From: Synechococcales cyanobacterium VAR_4_metabat_354 | GTDB taxonomy: Bacteria; Cyanobacteriota; Cyanobacteriia; Cyanobacteriales; Chamaesiphonaceae | Length of the DNA: 64,000 bases | Direction: 5' to 3' | Assembly: GCA_031414775.1 (NCBI GenBank) | Contig: JANOQI010000062.1 | Span: 1-64,000, forward strand | In this document: one piece after another, positions 20,666 through 31,077 of the stretch | How the letters are laid out: each line of letters begins with the position of its first letter | How positions within the stretch are numbered: the first letter of the stretch is position 1 | Position numbers and translations under genes: made by a program | Notes under the pieces: generated by a model | Databases searched by the model: none | What the model saw: only the letters and a program-made list of their open reading frames with translations | What the model was told of the DNA's origin: nothing

Positions 20666-21391
20666 ATGGCCGATTCACCGATTCTACAAGTCCAAGATGT
20701 TCGCGCTGGCTACATCAAAGATCTAGATATCCTCCAAGGCATTAACTTCAAAGTCTATCCTGGTGAGTTGGTAGCAGTGATTGGACCCAATGGTGCCGGC
20801 AAATCTACTTTGGCTAAGGCAATTTGTGGTTTATTGACACCGCATACTGGTCAGATCTTGTTTAAGGGCGAACAGATTGGGGGGTTATCACCAGACCGAA
20901 TTGTGAAAAAAGGCTTGTGCTATGTACCGCAAATTTCCAATGTCTTTCGATCGCTCTCAGTCGAAGAGAATTTAGAAATGGGCGCATTTACCCGCAAGGT
21001 AGATCTCAAACCTCTGAAGCAGATGGTTTTCACCATGTTTCCCCGCTTGGCAGAGCGCCGCACCCAGGCTGCAGGTACTTTATCTGGTGGCGAGCGCCAA
21101 ATGTTGGCCATGGGTAAGGCGTTGATGTTACAGCCGACGATGATGCTACTAGATGAGCCTTCTGCTGCTCTATCGCCAGTGTTGGTGAGCAATGTGTTTG
21201 AGCAAATCAAGGAGATCAATAAAAACGGTACTTCGATCGTACTGGTGGAGCAAAATGCTAAAAGGGCGTTGGCGATGGCCGATCGGGGTTATGTCTTAGA
21301 TACGGGTAAAGATAAGTTTGAAGGGCGTGGTGCTGACTTGCTCAACGATCCCAAAATTGGTGAATTGTATTTAGGGGTTGGTGGTCATTGA
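20666..21391 (+). CDS. livF: Branched-chain amino acid ABC ATP-binding protein (LivF family)
   Basis: GPNGAGKS, LSGGERQMLA, LDEPS, LVEQN. Confidence 0.85.
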   Translation: MADSPILQVQDVRAGYIKDLDILQGINFKVYPGELVAVIGPNGAGKSTLAKAICGLLTPHTGQILFKGEQIGGLSPDRIVKKGLCYVPQISNVFRSLSVEENLEMGAFTRKVDLKPLKQMVFTMFPRLAERRTQAAGTLSGGERQMLAMGKALMLQPTMMLLDEPSAALSPVLVSNVFEQIKEINKNGTSIVLVEQNAKRALAMADRGYVLDTGKDKFEGRGADLLNDPKIGELYLGVGGH

Positions 21392-21417
21392 AAATACCTT
21401 AAAAATCTTTTGAATGT

Positions 21418-22239
21418 ATGCGTATAAATTTGAATTATTGGCGAGTTGGACTGGTAAACTTTTTGGTGGGGATATTCCTAGTGGCTTGCGCCCAATTTAT
21501 CCCAATTACCCCGCAAAAAGTCCAGAATTCTCATGCTCAACCTTTTGTGTTATTAGTCGCTGCCGCCGCAAGTCTCCAGAAAGCTTTGCAAGAAATTACG
21601 CCACTTTATACCAAAGCAAACCCTAGTCAGACGATTAACTACAACTTTGCGGCCTCCGGTCCCTTGCAACAACAAATTGAGCAAGGTGCACCTGTGGATA
21701 TATTTATTTCAGCGGCTGATAAGCAAATGAATGCCCTGCAAAAAAAAGGGTTATTGGCGGCGGGCAGTCCCCAGAACTTGTTGACAAATCAGTTAGTTCT
21801 GATCACTCCTAAGCAAAAATCTGGATCTTTAGCTGACATTAAACAACTCATTAAACCAGCAGTTCAGCGAATCTCCATTGGAGAACCCCGTACTGTTCCA
21901 GTAGGGCAATATGCAACGGAAGTTTTAAAGAATTTAGGAATTTTAGAGCAGATACAATCTAAATTTGTGTTTGGTAATAATGTCAAATCTGTTCTAACTG
22001 CCGTAGAGACGGGTAATGTGGATGCCGGGATTGTCTATATCACTGACGCTAAAGACTCCGAGCAGGTCGCTGTCATTGCCACTATCGATGAACAACTGCA
22101 TTCTCCAATTCATTATCCGATCGCCGTTTTGCAGTCTAGTAAATTTCTGGAAGAATCCCAACGGTATATGAAATTCTTACAAAGTGACTCGGCAAAAACT
22201 ATATTTAAAAAATATGGGTTTGGTATTGCTAATTCTTAA
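21418..22239 (+). CDS. modA: Molybdate ABC substrate-binding protein
   Basis: AAASL, FAASG, PVGQYA, DAGIVY. Confidence 0.9.
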   Translation: MRINLNYWRVGLVNFLVGIFLVACAQFIPITPQKVQNSHAQPFVLLVAAAASLQKALQEITPLYTKANPSQTINYNFAASGPLQQQIEQGAPVDIFISAADKQMNALQKKGLLAAGSPQNLLTNQLVLITPKQKSGSLADIKQLIKPAVQRISIGEPRTVPVGQYATEVLKNLGILEQIQSKFVFGNNVKSVLTAVETGNVDAGIVYITDAKDSEQVAVIATIDEQLHSPIHYPIAVLQSSKFLEESQRYMKFLQSDSAKTIFKKYGFGIANS

Positions 22240-22249
22240 CCCTAGTTAA

Positions 22250-22903
22250 ATGTTGATACCTGATCTTTCCCCATTGTGGATTTCTCTAAAAGTATCGCTA
22301 CTGGCAACAGCTATCACCTTTGGCTTGGGAACGACCGTTGCTTACAAGATGTATCTTTATCGCGGCCAAGGTCGATCGATCATTGAAGGGTTTTTGATTG
22401 CACCACTAGTTTTGCCACCAACAGTGGTCGGTTTTGTGCTGCTAATTTTACTGGGTAAAAATGGTATTTTGGGACGGATTCTGGCTCAAGGGCATCTGAG
22501 ATTAGTGTTTACATGGTATGCCGCAGTTTTAGCCGCCATCATCGTCTCATTTCCACTCATGTATCGTGCTGCCTTGGGAGCCTTTGAGCAGATCGATACT
22601 TTGCTGTTAGATGCTGCCAAGCTGGAGGGCGCATCAGAAACAGCAGTGTTTTGGTATATTGCTTTGCCTTTAGCCCTGCCTGGAATTCTAGCGGGTGTGG
22701 TATTAACATTCGCGCGGGCCTTAGGTGAGTTTGGCGCGACCCTCATGCTGGCTGGGAATATCCCTGGACAAACACAAACGATGCCAATGGCGATTTATTT
22801 TGCAGTGGAGTCGGGAGCCATCCAAGAAGGATGGTTCTGGACTATGATTGTCGTCTGCTTTTCTTTGATTGGAATTATTGCAGTTAATTCTTGGAAAGTC
22901 TGA
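22250..22903 (+). CDS. modB: Molybdate ABC permease
   Basis: PLVLPPTVVG, FARALGEFGAT. Confidence 0.9.
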   Translation: MLIPDLSPLWISLKVSLLATAITFGLGTTVAYKMYLYRGQGRSIIEGFLIAPLVLPPTVVGFVLLILLGKNGILGRILAQGHLRLVFTWYAAVLAAIIVSFPLMYRAALGAFEQIDTLLLDAAKLEGASETAVFWYIALPLALPGILAGVVLTFARALGEFGATLMLAGNIPGQTQTMPMAIYFAVESGAIQEGWFWTMIVVCFSLIGIIAVNSWKV

Positions 22904-22997
22904 GCAAACGACACCGCCAAAATGTATGGCTGCTGTGGGGTGAAGCAATAATGTCTGTCATCTTATCAACAATTTTAATTGTAAATTCAGTTTAGCC

Positions 22998-24218
22998 ATG
23001 GATTTAAAACAGCAAGTTCAGAATTGGTTGGCGATCGACAGGTCACATCTATTACCTCTATTAGCTCAAAAACAGCAGGATTATTCTGATCGATCACATT
23101 TAGTAATTGCCACGCATGATGCTGATGAATTCATCACCGATTTTTTGACCGGAATAATTACTGGTATCCCCATCTTTTTGGCCAGTCCGGATTGGGGAAT
23201 TGCGGAATGGCAGCAAGTTCAAACCATCATGGCTACAGTCGATCGTGAGCAGCATCGAGGCCAAATTATGATTCCCACAGGTGGCACCTCTGGCCAACTG
23301 AAATTTGCCATCCATACCCCCGCCACTTTAACAGCAGCGGTGCATGGCTTTCAGGAGTTTTATCAGGTGGAGGCGATTAATTCTTATTGCACCTTGCCTC
23401 TCCATCATGTGAGTGGTTTAATGCAGCTCTGGCGATCGCTAATTACGGGTGGCCAGCTATTGCTATCGACTAAGCCACAGCGTTTTAGTCAGTCGCCGCC
23501 ACCCCATTTTTTTATTTCGTTGGTACCCACTCAGCTCCAGCGGTTGCTACCAGCCAAGGCCGAATGGCTCCGTCAATTTCGAGCAGTGTTAGTTGGGGGC
23601 GCGTCAGTGTGGCCAGATTTACTCGATCGATCTCGACAAGCCCAAATTCCCCTGTCACTGAGTTACGGCATGACCGAAACAGCGGCGATGGTGGCGGCGC
23701 TGAAACCCCAAGATTTTTTAGCGGGAGTGAATGACAGTGGCCAGGTCTTGCCCCATGTCCAGTTGCAAATTCAATTTGATGGCCGTATTACTGTGCGATC
23801 GAAGGCAGTGATGTTGGGCTATTATCCGCAGATCGATACAGCAGGTTATTGGTTGACTGACGATTTAGGGATGCTTGATCAGCAAGGATATTTACAAATT
23901 TTGGGGCGGGATAGCCACAAGATTATTACCGGTGGCGAGAAGGTTTTTCCGGCAGAAGTGGAAGCAATCATTCGATCGACTGGCTTGGTAACCGATGTTT
24001 ATGTTCTGGGTGCTCCAGACCAAGAATGGGGCGAACGGGTGGTGGCAATCTATGTGGGGGATGTCGAGGCCAGTAATATTCAAGCAGCGATCCAAGATCA
24101 GCTGAGTAGTTTTAAGCTGCCTAAGACCTGGCTAGCAGTGTCAGAGCTACCCAGAAATAGCCAAGAAAAAGTTGATCGATCGCAAATCCTGAAACTGCTA
24201 GCTGGCGACTGTAGTTAA
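22998..24218 (+). CDS. menE: 2-succinylbenzoate--CoA ligase
   Basis: TGGTSG, LPLHHVSG, YGMTE, ITGGEKVFP. Confidence 0.85.
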   Translation: MDLKQQVQNWLAIDRSHLLPLLAQKQQDYSDRSHLVIATHDADEFITDFLTGIITGIPIFLASPDWGIAEWQQVQTIMATVDREQHRGQIMIPTGGTSGQLKFAIHTPATLTAAVHGFQEFYQVEAINSYCTLPLHHVSGLMQLWRSLITGGQLLLSTKPQRFSQSPPPHFFISLVPTQLQRLLPAKAEWLRQFRAVLVGGASVWPDLLDRSRQAQIPLSLSYGMTETAAMVAALKPQDFLAGVNDSGQVLPHVQLQIQFDGRITVRSKAVMLGYYPQIDTAGYWLTDDLGMLDQQGYLQILGRDSHKIITGGEKVFPAEVEAIIRSTGLVTDVYVLGAPDQEWGERVVAIYVGDVEASNIQAAIQDQLSSFKLPKTWLAVSELPRNSQEKVDRSQILKLLAGDCS

Positions 24219-24267
24219 AAACTCAGGTGGAATTATTCAACAACACAAATAAATAAAGTGAGGAAAG

Positions 24268-24975
24268 ATGAACGGAACAAAATGTAGCCTGGGGCTGTTG
24301 GCACTGAGCTTAATGTTAGTGGCTGGCTGTGATATCCGCAAACCAAGTATGCCCAGCTTGACCCCTCCAAATCCTGGGACTAAAGATGAGACAGCCGAGA
24401 AAACAAAATATGTAATGGGAGAATTTTCCTTGACGAAGGGGACAGATTACCTCGTCGCGCCAGTCTATACCGACTATTCCGGTAAGGGTCGAATCATGAA
24501 CTTTTCTAGTAGCGAATATGGAGATTATTCATCTAAAAAAGGTGATTATTCATTAGTCAATAACTATATTTTTGTGAATCGTCAGGATCTATCATCACGG
24601 AAACTTTTTCCTGATAATCGATCGACTATTTTGGCCGCCCAACAGCTAGGAGAAGCTGGAACGGAAGGCACTGGCAGTAATCAAAAAACTATTGTCAAAA
24701 ATGTTAAGGCTGTTTTATATCAAGTAGTGAAAGCTGATACTAATAGTGATAAAAAGTTGGACAACAAAGATCAGAAATCAATCGCGATTGCTGATGTAAA
24801 CGGTGGCAATTATCAAGAGTTAGTGACGGGGATCGATCGAGTGATCAATATTCATTCGCAAAGCAAGGACAAACGTATTGTATTTTATCAAACTGGCCCA
24901 GACTACTTTGCCGCCAGTATCGATATTCCCAGTCGATCAGCCAATGTGAATAAATTGCAATCGATCGCAGAATAA
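24268..24975 (+). CDS. Hypothetical lipoprotein
   Basis: LVAGC lipobox; DTNSDKKLD EF-hand-like motif. Confidence 0.6.
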   Translation: MNGTKCSLGLLALSLMLVAGCDIRKPSMPSLTPPNPGTKDETAEKTKYVMGEFSLTKGTDYLVAPVYTDYSGKGRIMNFSSSEYGDYSSKKGDYSLVNNYIFVNRQDLSSRKLFPDNRSTILAAQQLGEAGTEGTGSNQKTIVKNVKAVLYQVVKADTNSDKKLDNKDQKSIAIADVNGGNYQELVTGIDRVINIHSQSKDKRIVFYQTGPDYFAASIDIPSRSANVNKLQSIAE

Positions 24976-25051
24976 CCAATGACCTAGCATCGGCGAGGCG
25001 AGCATAAAACAGAGGATAATGTCTCTGACACTGCTATTTCAGGAAATATCC

Positions 25052-25558
25052 ATGACAATTTCCATGTATCAAGCTTCAGTGCCATCACTGATCCGCTCTT
25101 TAAATAATCTCGCATCGATCCTGGAAAAAGGTGCTGCCCATGCTGAATCTAAAAAAATCGATCCGACAGTATTGCTCAACAGCCGCTTGTCTCCGGATAT
25201 GCTGCCCTTGACCAAACAGGTGCAAATTGCCTCGGATATTGCTAGAAGAGGGGTCGCGAGGTTGGCTGGACTAGACGCACCAGCGATCGAAGACAATGAA
25301 ACCACCTTTGCCGAACTGATTGCCAGGTTGAAAACAGTTGCAGCTTACCTGGGCGAGTTCACCCCTGCTCAGATTGATGGTTCGGAAGCTCGATCGATCA
25401 CCCTACCGGTGGGTAAGGAGACCATGAACTTCGAGGGATTGCCATATCTGCTCTACTTCGTGTTGCCCAACGTCTATTTCCACGTCACCACTGCTTATGC
25501 CATTCTCCGGCATTGCGGTGTAGAAATCGGTAAAAAAGACTATCTTGGCCAGCCTTAG
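25052..25558 (+). CDS. DUF1993 family protein
   Basis: RLSPDMLPL, PNVYFHVTTAYAILRH, GKKDY. Confidence 0.9.
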   Translation: MTISMYQASVPSLIRSLNNLASILEKGAAHAESKKIDPTVLLNSRLSPDMLPLTKQVQIASDIARRGVARLAGLDAPAIEDNETTFAELIARLKTVAAYLGEFTPAQIDGSEARSITLPVGKETMNFEGLPYLLYFVLPNVYFHVTTAYAILRHCGVEIGKKDYLGQP

Positions 25559-25608
25559 ATGATTTAAATCGTGGCATGGCGGCAGCTCATATTTTACTAA
25601 ATCTCATT

Positions 25609-26055
25609 TTAGTGACTACTCCCCAGCGGAACGTGATTAGTCGCTGCCGCTAAGCCAAACACTGGCATATTCACATAAATCGATTTTGTCTGCTCCGGAT
25701 TTACTTGGTACGTTTCATGCCAAATTCCGACACTGCCATCTGATCCGATCGCACTATTAAAACGTTGCCAAGCCTTCAAATGCACATCGCTGGGCTGACG
25801 GGCAAACTTCAGCAAATCTGCTTGTGATCGCCAATACTGAATCAATCCTATGCCATTGGGGTAAAGAAACCGCTCTGCACCTAAAAATCCTTTTTCGGGA
25901 TGCTTGTGCAGCGAACTCAACATTGGACCCATAGCCATAGCCGTTGGTAGCCATTTCGATAACGCCCAATAGTTATTAATCCGCATTCCAATTAAAAACA
26001 CAACTAAAGATTCATCTGTTTGGGCCATAAAGCGCCCTGCTATTACTGATGCCAT
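25609..26055 (-). CDS. DUF4188 family (monooxygenase-like) protein
   Basis: VVFLIGMRIN, QYWRS, GIWHETY. Confidence 0.85.
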   Translation of the reverse strand: MASVIAGRFMAQTDESLVVFLIGMRINNYWALSKWLPTAMAMGPMLSSLHKHPEKGFLGAERFLYPNGIGLIQYWRSQADLLKFARQPSDVHLKAWQRFNSAIGSDGSVGIWHETYQVNPEQTKSIYVNMPVFGLAAATNHVPLGSSH

Positions 26056-26090
26056 GATGCTCTCCAAAATAAATGATGAAATGCTGTATT

Positions 26091-26161
26091 CATACTCACT
26101 AATGCTAGTATTCAACAAAGTTAGTATGTAAAATACTGTATACTCAACAAAGTGAGTATGT
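26091..26161. promoter_or_regulatory. Tandem PadR-type operators
   Basis: Three related imperfect palindromes between the divergent genes: ATACTCACTAATGCTAGTAT, GTATTCAACAAAGTTAGTAT, ATACTCAACAAAGTGAGTAT. Confidence 0.6.
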
Positions 26162-26188
26162 CAAGTTATTAATCTAAGGTAGTTTTTT

Positions 26189-26749
26189 ATGGCGCTCTCC
26201 CACGCGCTCTTGGCGACACTGAGCAACGGCTGCTACAGTGGCTATGACCTATCGAAGCAATTTTCTGGCTCGGTAGGCTTCTTTTGGCAAGCAACCCAAC
26301 AGCAAATTTATCGTGAAGTGACGAAGTTAGAGGAACAAGGCTATCTCAGTGCCGAGGTGGTACCACAATCTGGGCGACCGGATAAACGGATGTTGGCAAT
26401 TACCGATGCGGGTAAGGCATATTTACAAGAATGGATTCGCACACCTTGTAGTGTCAGCCCTATGCGTGATGATTTATTAGTAAAGTTATTTGCGGGACAT
26501 GTGAGCGATCGCATGACCTTGCGCCAAGAACTTGAGCACCACCAGTCGCAACATCAAGCTAACTTAGATGCCTATCATCAGATTGAAGCCCAGTTTTTTA
26601 AGAACCCAGAATTATGTAATGCTCCCAGCGATCGATTGCGTTATCTGACTTTGCTGAATGGTATTCAGTTTGAAACGGGTTGGTTAACTTGGTGTGAACA
26701 AGCGATCGAGATGTTAGCAGATTTACCCGCAGATCCAATTAATTCTTGA
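26189..26749 (+). CDS. PadR family transcriptional regulator
   Basis: SGYDL..FFW..QQIY..GRPDKR..IT..G. Confidence 0.9.
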   Translation: MALSHALLATLSNGCYSGYDLSKQFSGSVGFFWQATQQQIYREVTKLEEQGYLSAEVVPQSGRPDKRMLAITDAGKAYLQEWIRTPCSVSPMRDDLLVKLFAGHVSDRMTLRQELEHHQSQHQANLDAYHQIEAQFFKNPELCNAPSDRLRYLTLLNGIQFETGWLTWCEQAIEMLADLPADPINS

Positions 26750-26765
26750 CTCTTCATATCTCTCT

Positions 26766-27812
26766 ATGACATCTTCAGACTTTGTGACTATAAACACTCT
26801 AGAATCAACCGCACCACTGACTGCGTTAGCTCCGATGCAAGATGTGACCGATGTTTTCTTTATGAACGCGATTGCTGACTATGGCTGTCCCGATTACTTT
26901 TTTACCGAGTATTTTCGGGTGCATGAGAGTTCCGGCATCGATAAACAGATCCTGCGATCGATCACCGAAAATACTACAAACCGTCCGGTATTTGCCCAGA
27001 TGATTGGCGAAAGTATCCCCGATTTAGTGCGGACAGCAAAACTATTGAGTCACTATCCAGTCGCGGGTATTGATCTGAACATGGGCTGCCCTGCCCCGCG
27101 CATTTATCGCAAGAATGTGGGTGGTGGGCTATTACGCGACCCCGATAAGATCGATCGGATTCTAGGAGAGTTACGAGCGGCAGTGACTGGTCGGCTGACA
27201 GTGAAAATGCGGATTGGCTTCGAGGATACTGCCCAGTTCGATCGAGTGCTGGATTTAATTGATAAACACAATATCGATCTGCTGAGTTTGCATGGTCGTA
27301 CTGTCAAGGAAATGTATCATGGAACTGTGCATTACGGCTTGATTGCCCAGGCAGTAAAACGCCTGCGGTGTCCGGTATTAGCCAATGGGAATATTAGCTC
27401 AGCAGCTGTCGCTATCCAGGTATTAGCTCAAACCCAAGCAGCAGGAATCATGGTGGGCAGAGCGGCGATTCGCAATCCTTGGATTTTCCGACAAATTCGG
27501 GAAGCCTTAGCTGGGCAAGAGTTATCGATCGTCACGCTAGGGCAGGTCAGGGAATATATCGATCGACTGTATCGGATGCAGGTGAAAAAATTAGTACCCG
27601 ATCGAGCACGACTCAGCCATCTTAAAATGTACCTAAACTACATTGGACAGGGAGTAGATGCCGCCGGGATATTCTTACGAGATATGCGCAAAGCTCAAAC
27701 CGAGGCAGAATTGTTTGCAGTGTGCGATCGAGATTTGCTCACTTATCCCGATCAAGCATTTCCGATGGAGCCATACACCGGACTTTTTGCCCGACCCAAG
27801 TCAGAGGAGTAG
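26766..27812 (+). CDS. dus: tRNA-dihydrouridine synthase family protein
   Basis: LAPM, DLNMGCP, VKMRIG, HGRT, ANGNI. Confidence 0.85.
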   Translation: MTSSDFVTINTLESTAPLTALAPMQDVTDVFFMNAIADYGCPDYFFTEYFRVHESSGIDKQILRSITENTTNRPVFAQMIGESIPDLVRTAKLLSHYPVAGIDLNMGCPAPRIYRKNVGGGLLRDPDKIDRILGELRAAVTGRLTVKMRIGFEDTAQFDRVLDLIDKHNIDLLSLHGRTVKEMYHGTVHYGLIAQAVKRLRCPVLANGNISSAAVAIQVLAQTQAAGIMVGRAAIRNPWIFRQIREALAGQELSIVTLGQVREYIDRLYRMQVKKLVPDRARLSHLKMYLNYIGQGVDAAGIFLRDMRKAQTEAELFAVCDRDLLTYPDQAFPMEPYTGLFARPKSEE

Positions 27813-27851
27813 CAACTAGCCGATCAAGATAGTTCGCAAAGATAACATAGT

Positions 27852-28877
27852 TTATTTTGACAAAGCACTCTGCAACATACTGTGAAAAAATGTGCTCAGA
27901 GGAATACCGGATGCTTCAGTCATTGCTGACAAGACACTGCTTTCAGCAAAAGAACAATATAATCCTGCTTCCAAAAAGTATGGATTGCCGTGCGGATCAA
28001 TCCGAAAATCAAATAAACTATAGTGGCGACAGCCTAGAGCAATATGGCATTTTTTAGCCATTACCCAGACTTTTTCCGTAATTGGATCACTAACATCAAC
28101 AATCCAAGACTTAGTAATATCTTTAGCTGCAAAATCTAATTCGTCTTGATCATTTTGTTTAAGTTTGTCTACATAGCTACGGATTGGCCGGATATCGGGG
28201 TCTAGGGCATACTCTTCTAATGGTAAACACAATAGCTGACCATCTTGTACAATCACACCGCAGCGCACTTCTCGACCCAACTCAATAAATCTTTCTACTA
28301 ATATTTGGTCGCCATCAGTCGCAGCTAATTGGCAGGCTTCTACATAGTCTTTCGCCTCTTTCACCAGGGTTACTCCGATCGAATTATCACCGTTCATGGG
28401 TTTAACTACGCAGGGGAAATCGATCGAGGGCTGCTCTCCAGTCTGGAGAACTTCACCAATGGGCACCGTTACCCCAGCAGCAGCTACCACCGCCTTGGTC
28501 TTTGCTTTGTCTGCCGCTAAAGCCATCAAGTCGGCCGTATTACCCACATACGGAATTTTGAGCAAATCAAATAAAGATCGATATTGGGTCATGCCCGGCA
28601 CACAAAACATCTGCGGCACCATCACATCAATCTGGAGCTTTGCCAGTACTGGCAAAGCCTCAGCCAAAGATAGAGAAGGAGCAGAGGCAATCGATTCAGA
28701 ACTCAAATCAGCCGGGAACCGCCATTGTCGATCGGGTGAAATATAAGCAATATAAAACTCATATCGTGCTGGATCGGCAGTATTTTTCAGACAGTCTTGG
28801 GCATAAAGACGGGACAGTTCACAGTAAAACTCACTCACCGCCGAACCCACCAAATGTAGAACTCTCAATAATTTCAT
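27852..28877 (-). CDS. mysD: D-Ala-D-Ala ligase-like MAA synthetase
   Basis: HLVGSA..LSRLYA, PQMFC.PGMT.YR, LFDFRID..FLEAGLYC; last gene of the mys cluster. Confidence 0.88.
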   Translation of the reverse strand: MKLLRVLHLVGSAVSEFYCELSRLYAQDCLKNTADPARYEFYIAYISPDRQWRFPADLSSESIASAPSLSLAEALPVLAKLQIDVMVPQMFCVPGMTQYRSLFDLLKIPYVGNTADLMALAADKAKTKAVVAAAGVTVPIGEVLQTGEQPSIDFPCVVKPMNGDNSIGVTLVKEAKDYVEACQLAATDGDQILVERFIELGREVRCGVIVQDGQLLCLPLEEYALDPDIRPIRSYVDKLKQNDQDELDFAAKDITKSWIVDVSDPITEKVWVMAKKCHIALGCRHYSLFDFRIDPHGNPYFLEAGLYCSFAESSVLSAMTEASGIPLSTFFHSMLQSALSK

Positions 28878-28879
28878 GA

Positions 28880-30259
28880 TTAATCTCCGCCGACTTCCAC
28901 CAATTTACCGATATTGAAATCAATCCGAATCCATTCTTTGGGCTGACGCAAATTACCCCAGAGTAACAAGGGAATTTGCCAATGGTGCACCAAGAAAAAT
29001 GGGAGTGGATCGTCCCAGTCAAAAATGGCATCTTGACCCTGGGCAATAATTTGGAGGCGCTGCCCAGTCTGAGTTGGTGACCATAGATGCGTCAGCAACC
29101 GCCAGACTTCATGATATAGCCAGTAGGTCGGGCGACTGTTACTGAGCGGCTGCACGGTTTGGACTAGGGGTGCTGGATTTAAATAAGCCTGAGCGACATC
29201 TGGATGGTTATAAAACATGGTGATCGCCGAATGAGTGCGCGGATTGCATTCGATCGCATAGATTTGGCCATCATCCGCTGCTTGAATAAAGTCCAACGAG
29301 ACTTGGCCAGTCAGTTTTAGACTACCCGCAAAAGTACGAATCCAATTTTCAATATCTGGTCGATCGATCTGCTCATAATTCACCTGAAAGGCGGAAGATT
29401 CACAGCAGCAGTGTAGTTGTAAATGACCATTTCGGACAGTACTGTGCGTACAATATTCTTGCCCTGGAATATATTCCTGCATAATCCAAGGCCGACTCGG
29501 GGAGATGGGCAAAGATTTCACAAAAGCGGCGGTTTCAGCGGGGGTAGCGCAGGGCAACTTAGTTAAATCCAAGCGCCGCACCGAGTCGTAAAGAATACTT
29601 TTGATAATATATGGCCGTTGGGCATTACTAAAATCAAAATCAATCACTTGCTGCGGATCGGTGATTTGGTAAGATTTGGGTGCTAGCAACCCCAACGCCC
29701 GAGCAGCAGTAGCAAATTTGTATTTGTCATCTAGCAGTTCGAGCATGGCTAGGTCAACATGCATCACGGTGCAATGCGCCGCCAGTGTTTCTTGCACTGC
29801 GGCATCGTAATAACTAGCTACCGGGCTACAAACTGGCACATACACATCGACTTTTTCCTGTTGCACGATCGACAGCAAGGCCGGAGCATATTCCGCAGTT
29901 TGCGGATCGGGCACAGTATAAAACTCAGCTACTGCTCGAGAATAACGATGACCCGTCAACCAATACTTGTGGGTTTCCAGCAAAATCACCCGGTGGCCAG
30001 CCCGATGAAACGATCGGGCTAGCTGGAGCGCCTTCGTCATTTTGCCACCACTAATCAAGATTATTTGGGGGTGGCTAGCCACCGTTCGAGACTGAAAAGG
30101 CTCCAGGATAGCTACTCGCAGCAAGGCGATCACCGTCCAGATCAGATTAAGGGGCATTACAAATAGCAACAGCAAAAGGGTGGCTACCGTCTTGACGCGC
30201 GCGAGTAATCCTACCTTTGGCTGTACTGAATTAGATGGCATAGCCGCCAGTGTTTCCAT
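28880..30259 (-). CDS. mysC: ATP-grasp mycosporine-glycine synthetase
   Basis: GGKMTKALQLARSF, YDSVRR, IECNPR, DFNIGKLVE. Confidence 0.92.
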   Translation of the reverse strand: METLAAMPSNSVQPKVGLLARVKTVATLLLLLFVMPLNLIWTVIALLRVAILEPFQSRTVASHPQIILISGGKMTKALQLARSFHRAGHRVILLETHKYWLTGHRYSRAVAEFYTVPDPQTAEYAPALLSIVQQEKVDVYVPVCSPVASYYDAAVQETLAAHCTVMHVDLAMLELLDDKYKFATAARALGLLAPKSYQITDPQQVIDFDFSNAQRPYIIKSILYDSVRRLDLTKLPCATPAETAAFVKSLPISPSRPWIMQEYIPGQEYCTHSTVRNGHLQLHCCCESSAFQVNYEQIDRPDIENWIRTFAGSLKLTGQVSLDFIQAADDGQIYAIECNPRTHSAITMFYNHPDVAQAYLNPAPLVQTVQPLSNSRPTYWLYHEVWRLLTHLWSPTQTGQRLQIIAQGQDAIFDWDDPLPFFLVHHWQIPLLLWGNLRQPKEWIRIDFNIGKLVEVGGD

Positions 30260-31074
30260 CATAATGATTCGCCAACCCGCCGAATCAACGTCAGCCCATC
30301 ACGTAGTGGTAGCAACACTTGCTCTATCCGATCGTCCGCCGCAACTGCTTGATTAAACTTAGCGACCGCCAGCCCGTTGGGGGTGGAAATATTTGATAAG
30401 TAAGGCTGTCCCTGCATCAAGGTATTGTCCACACAAATCAAACCACCAGGAGCCAACAGCGTAGTGGTCAGTAATAAATTCAAGTAATCTAAATACCCCG
30501 CTTTATCGGCATCGATAAAAACTATATCGAACACTTCACCTTGAGCGGCTAATTGTTGCATAGTCTCTGCGGCTGGAGCCACCCGCACCGAAATTTTACG
30601 ACCAGCAGGCGATTCTTTAAACCGCTGCTGCGCAAATTCCGCCACGTAGGGATCAACTTCACAGGCTACTACTACCCCATCAGCAGGCAGTGCCTCGGCC
30701 ATGGCCAGCGCTGAATAACCAGTGAACATCCCAATCTCTAGTGCCCGCCGCGCTTTAGTGAGACGCACTAAGAACTTGAGCGCTTGCCCTTCCACATGAC
30801 CAGAGAGCATTTCTTGCTCTAACTGGCGCACCGTCTCACCATCAGAAAATCTTTTACTCCAATCCTCTGCTTGGGTCTGTTGTACCAAGGCGGCTAAGGC
30901 GGGAGATTCTGGCGTAGTGCAACTATCTAGATAAGGATCAAGACCATTCGCTAATTCATAAGTTTGTTGTAGTTCATCTCGAAAAGTGGGATCGATCGCC
31001 GGCATCAAGGCCATTTTCTGGACAAGGGATTCTAGCTGGGCGGCCAAAATCCCTACGGGGGTGACTGGTCTCAT
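30259..31074 (-). CDS. mysB: O-methyltransferase (4-deoxygadusol formation)
   Basis: RPVTP.GIL, EMLSGHVEGQ, EIGMFTGYS, FIDADK. Confidence 0.92.
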   Translation of the reverse strand: MRPVTPVGILAAQLESLVQKMALMPAIDPTFRDELQQTYELANGLDPYLDSCTTPESPALAALVQQTQAEDWSKRFSDGETVRQLEQEMLSGHVEGQALKFLVRLTKARRALEIGMFTGYSALAMAEALPADGVVVACEVDPYVAEFAQQRFKESPAGRKISVRVAPAAETMQQLAAQGEVFDIVFIDADKAGYLDYLNLLLTTTLLAPGGLICVDNTLMQGQPYLSNISTPNGLAVAKFNQAVAADDRIEQVLLPLRDGLTLIRRVGESL

Positions 31075-31077
31075 CCT

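Noticed and set aside
21418..22903. modAB without modC
   Set aside because: The ATPase may be encoded elsewhere; this cannot be judged from one window.
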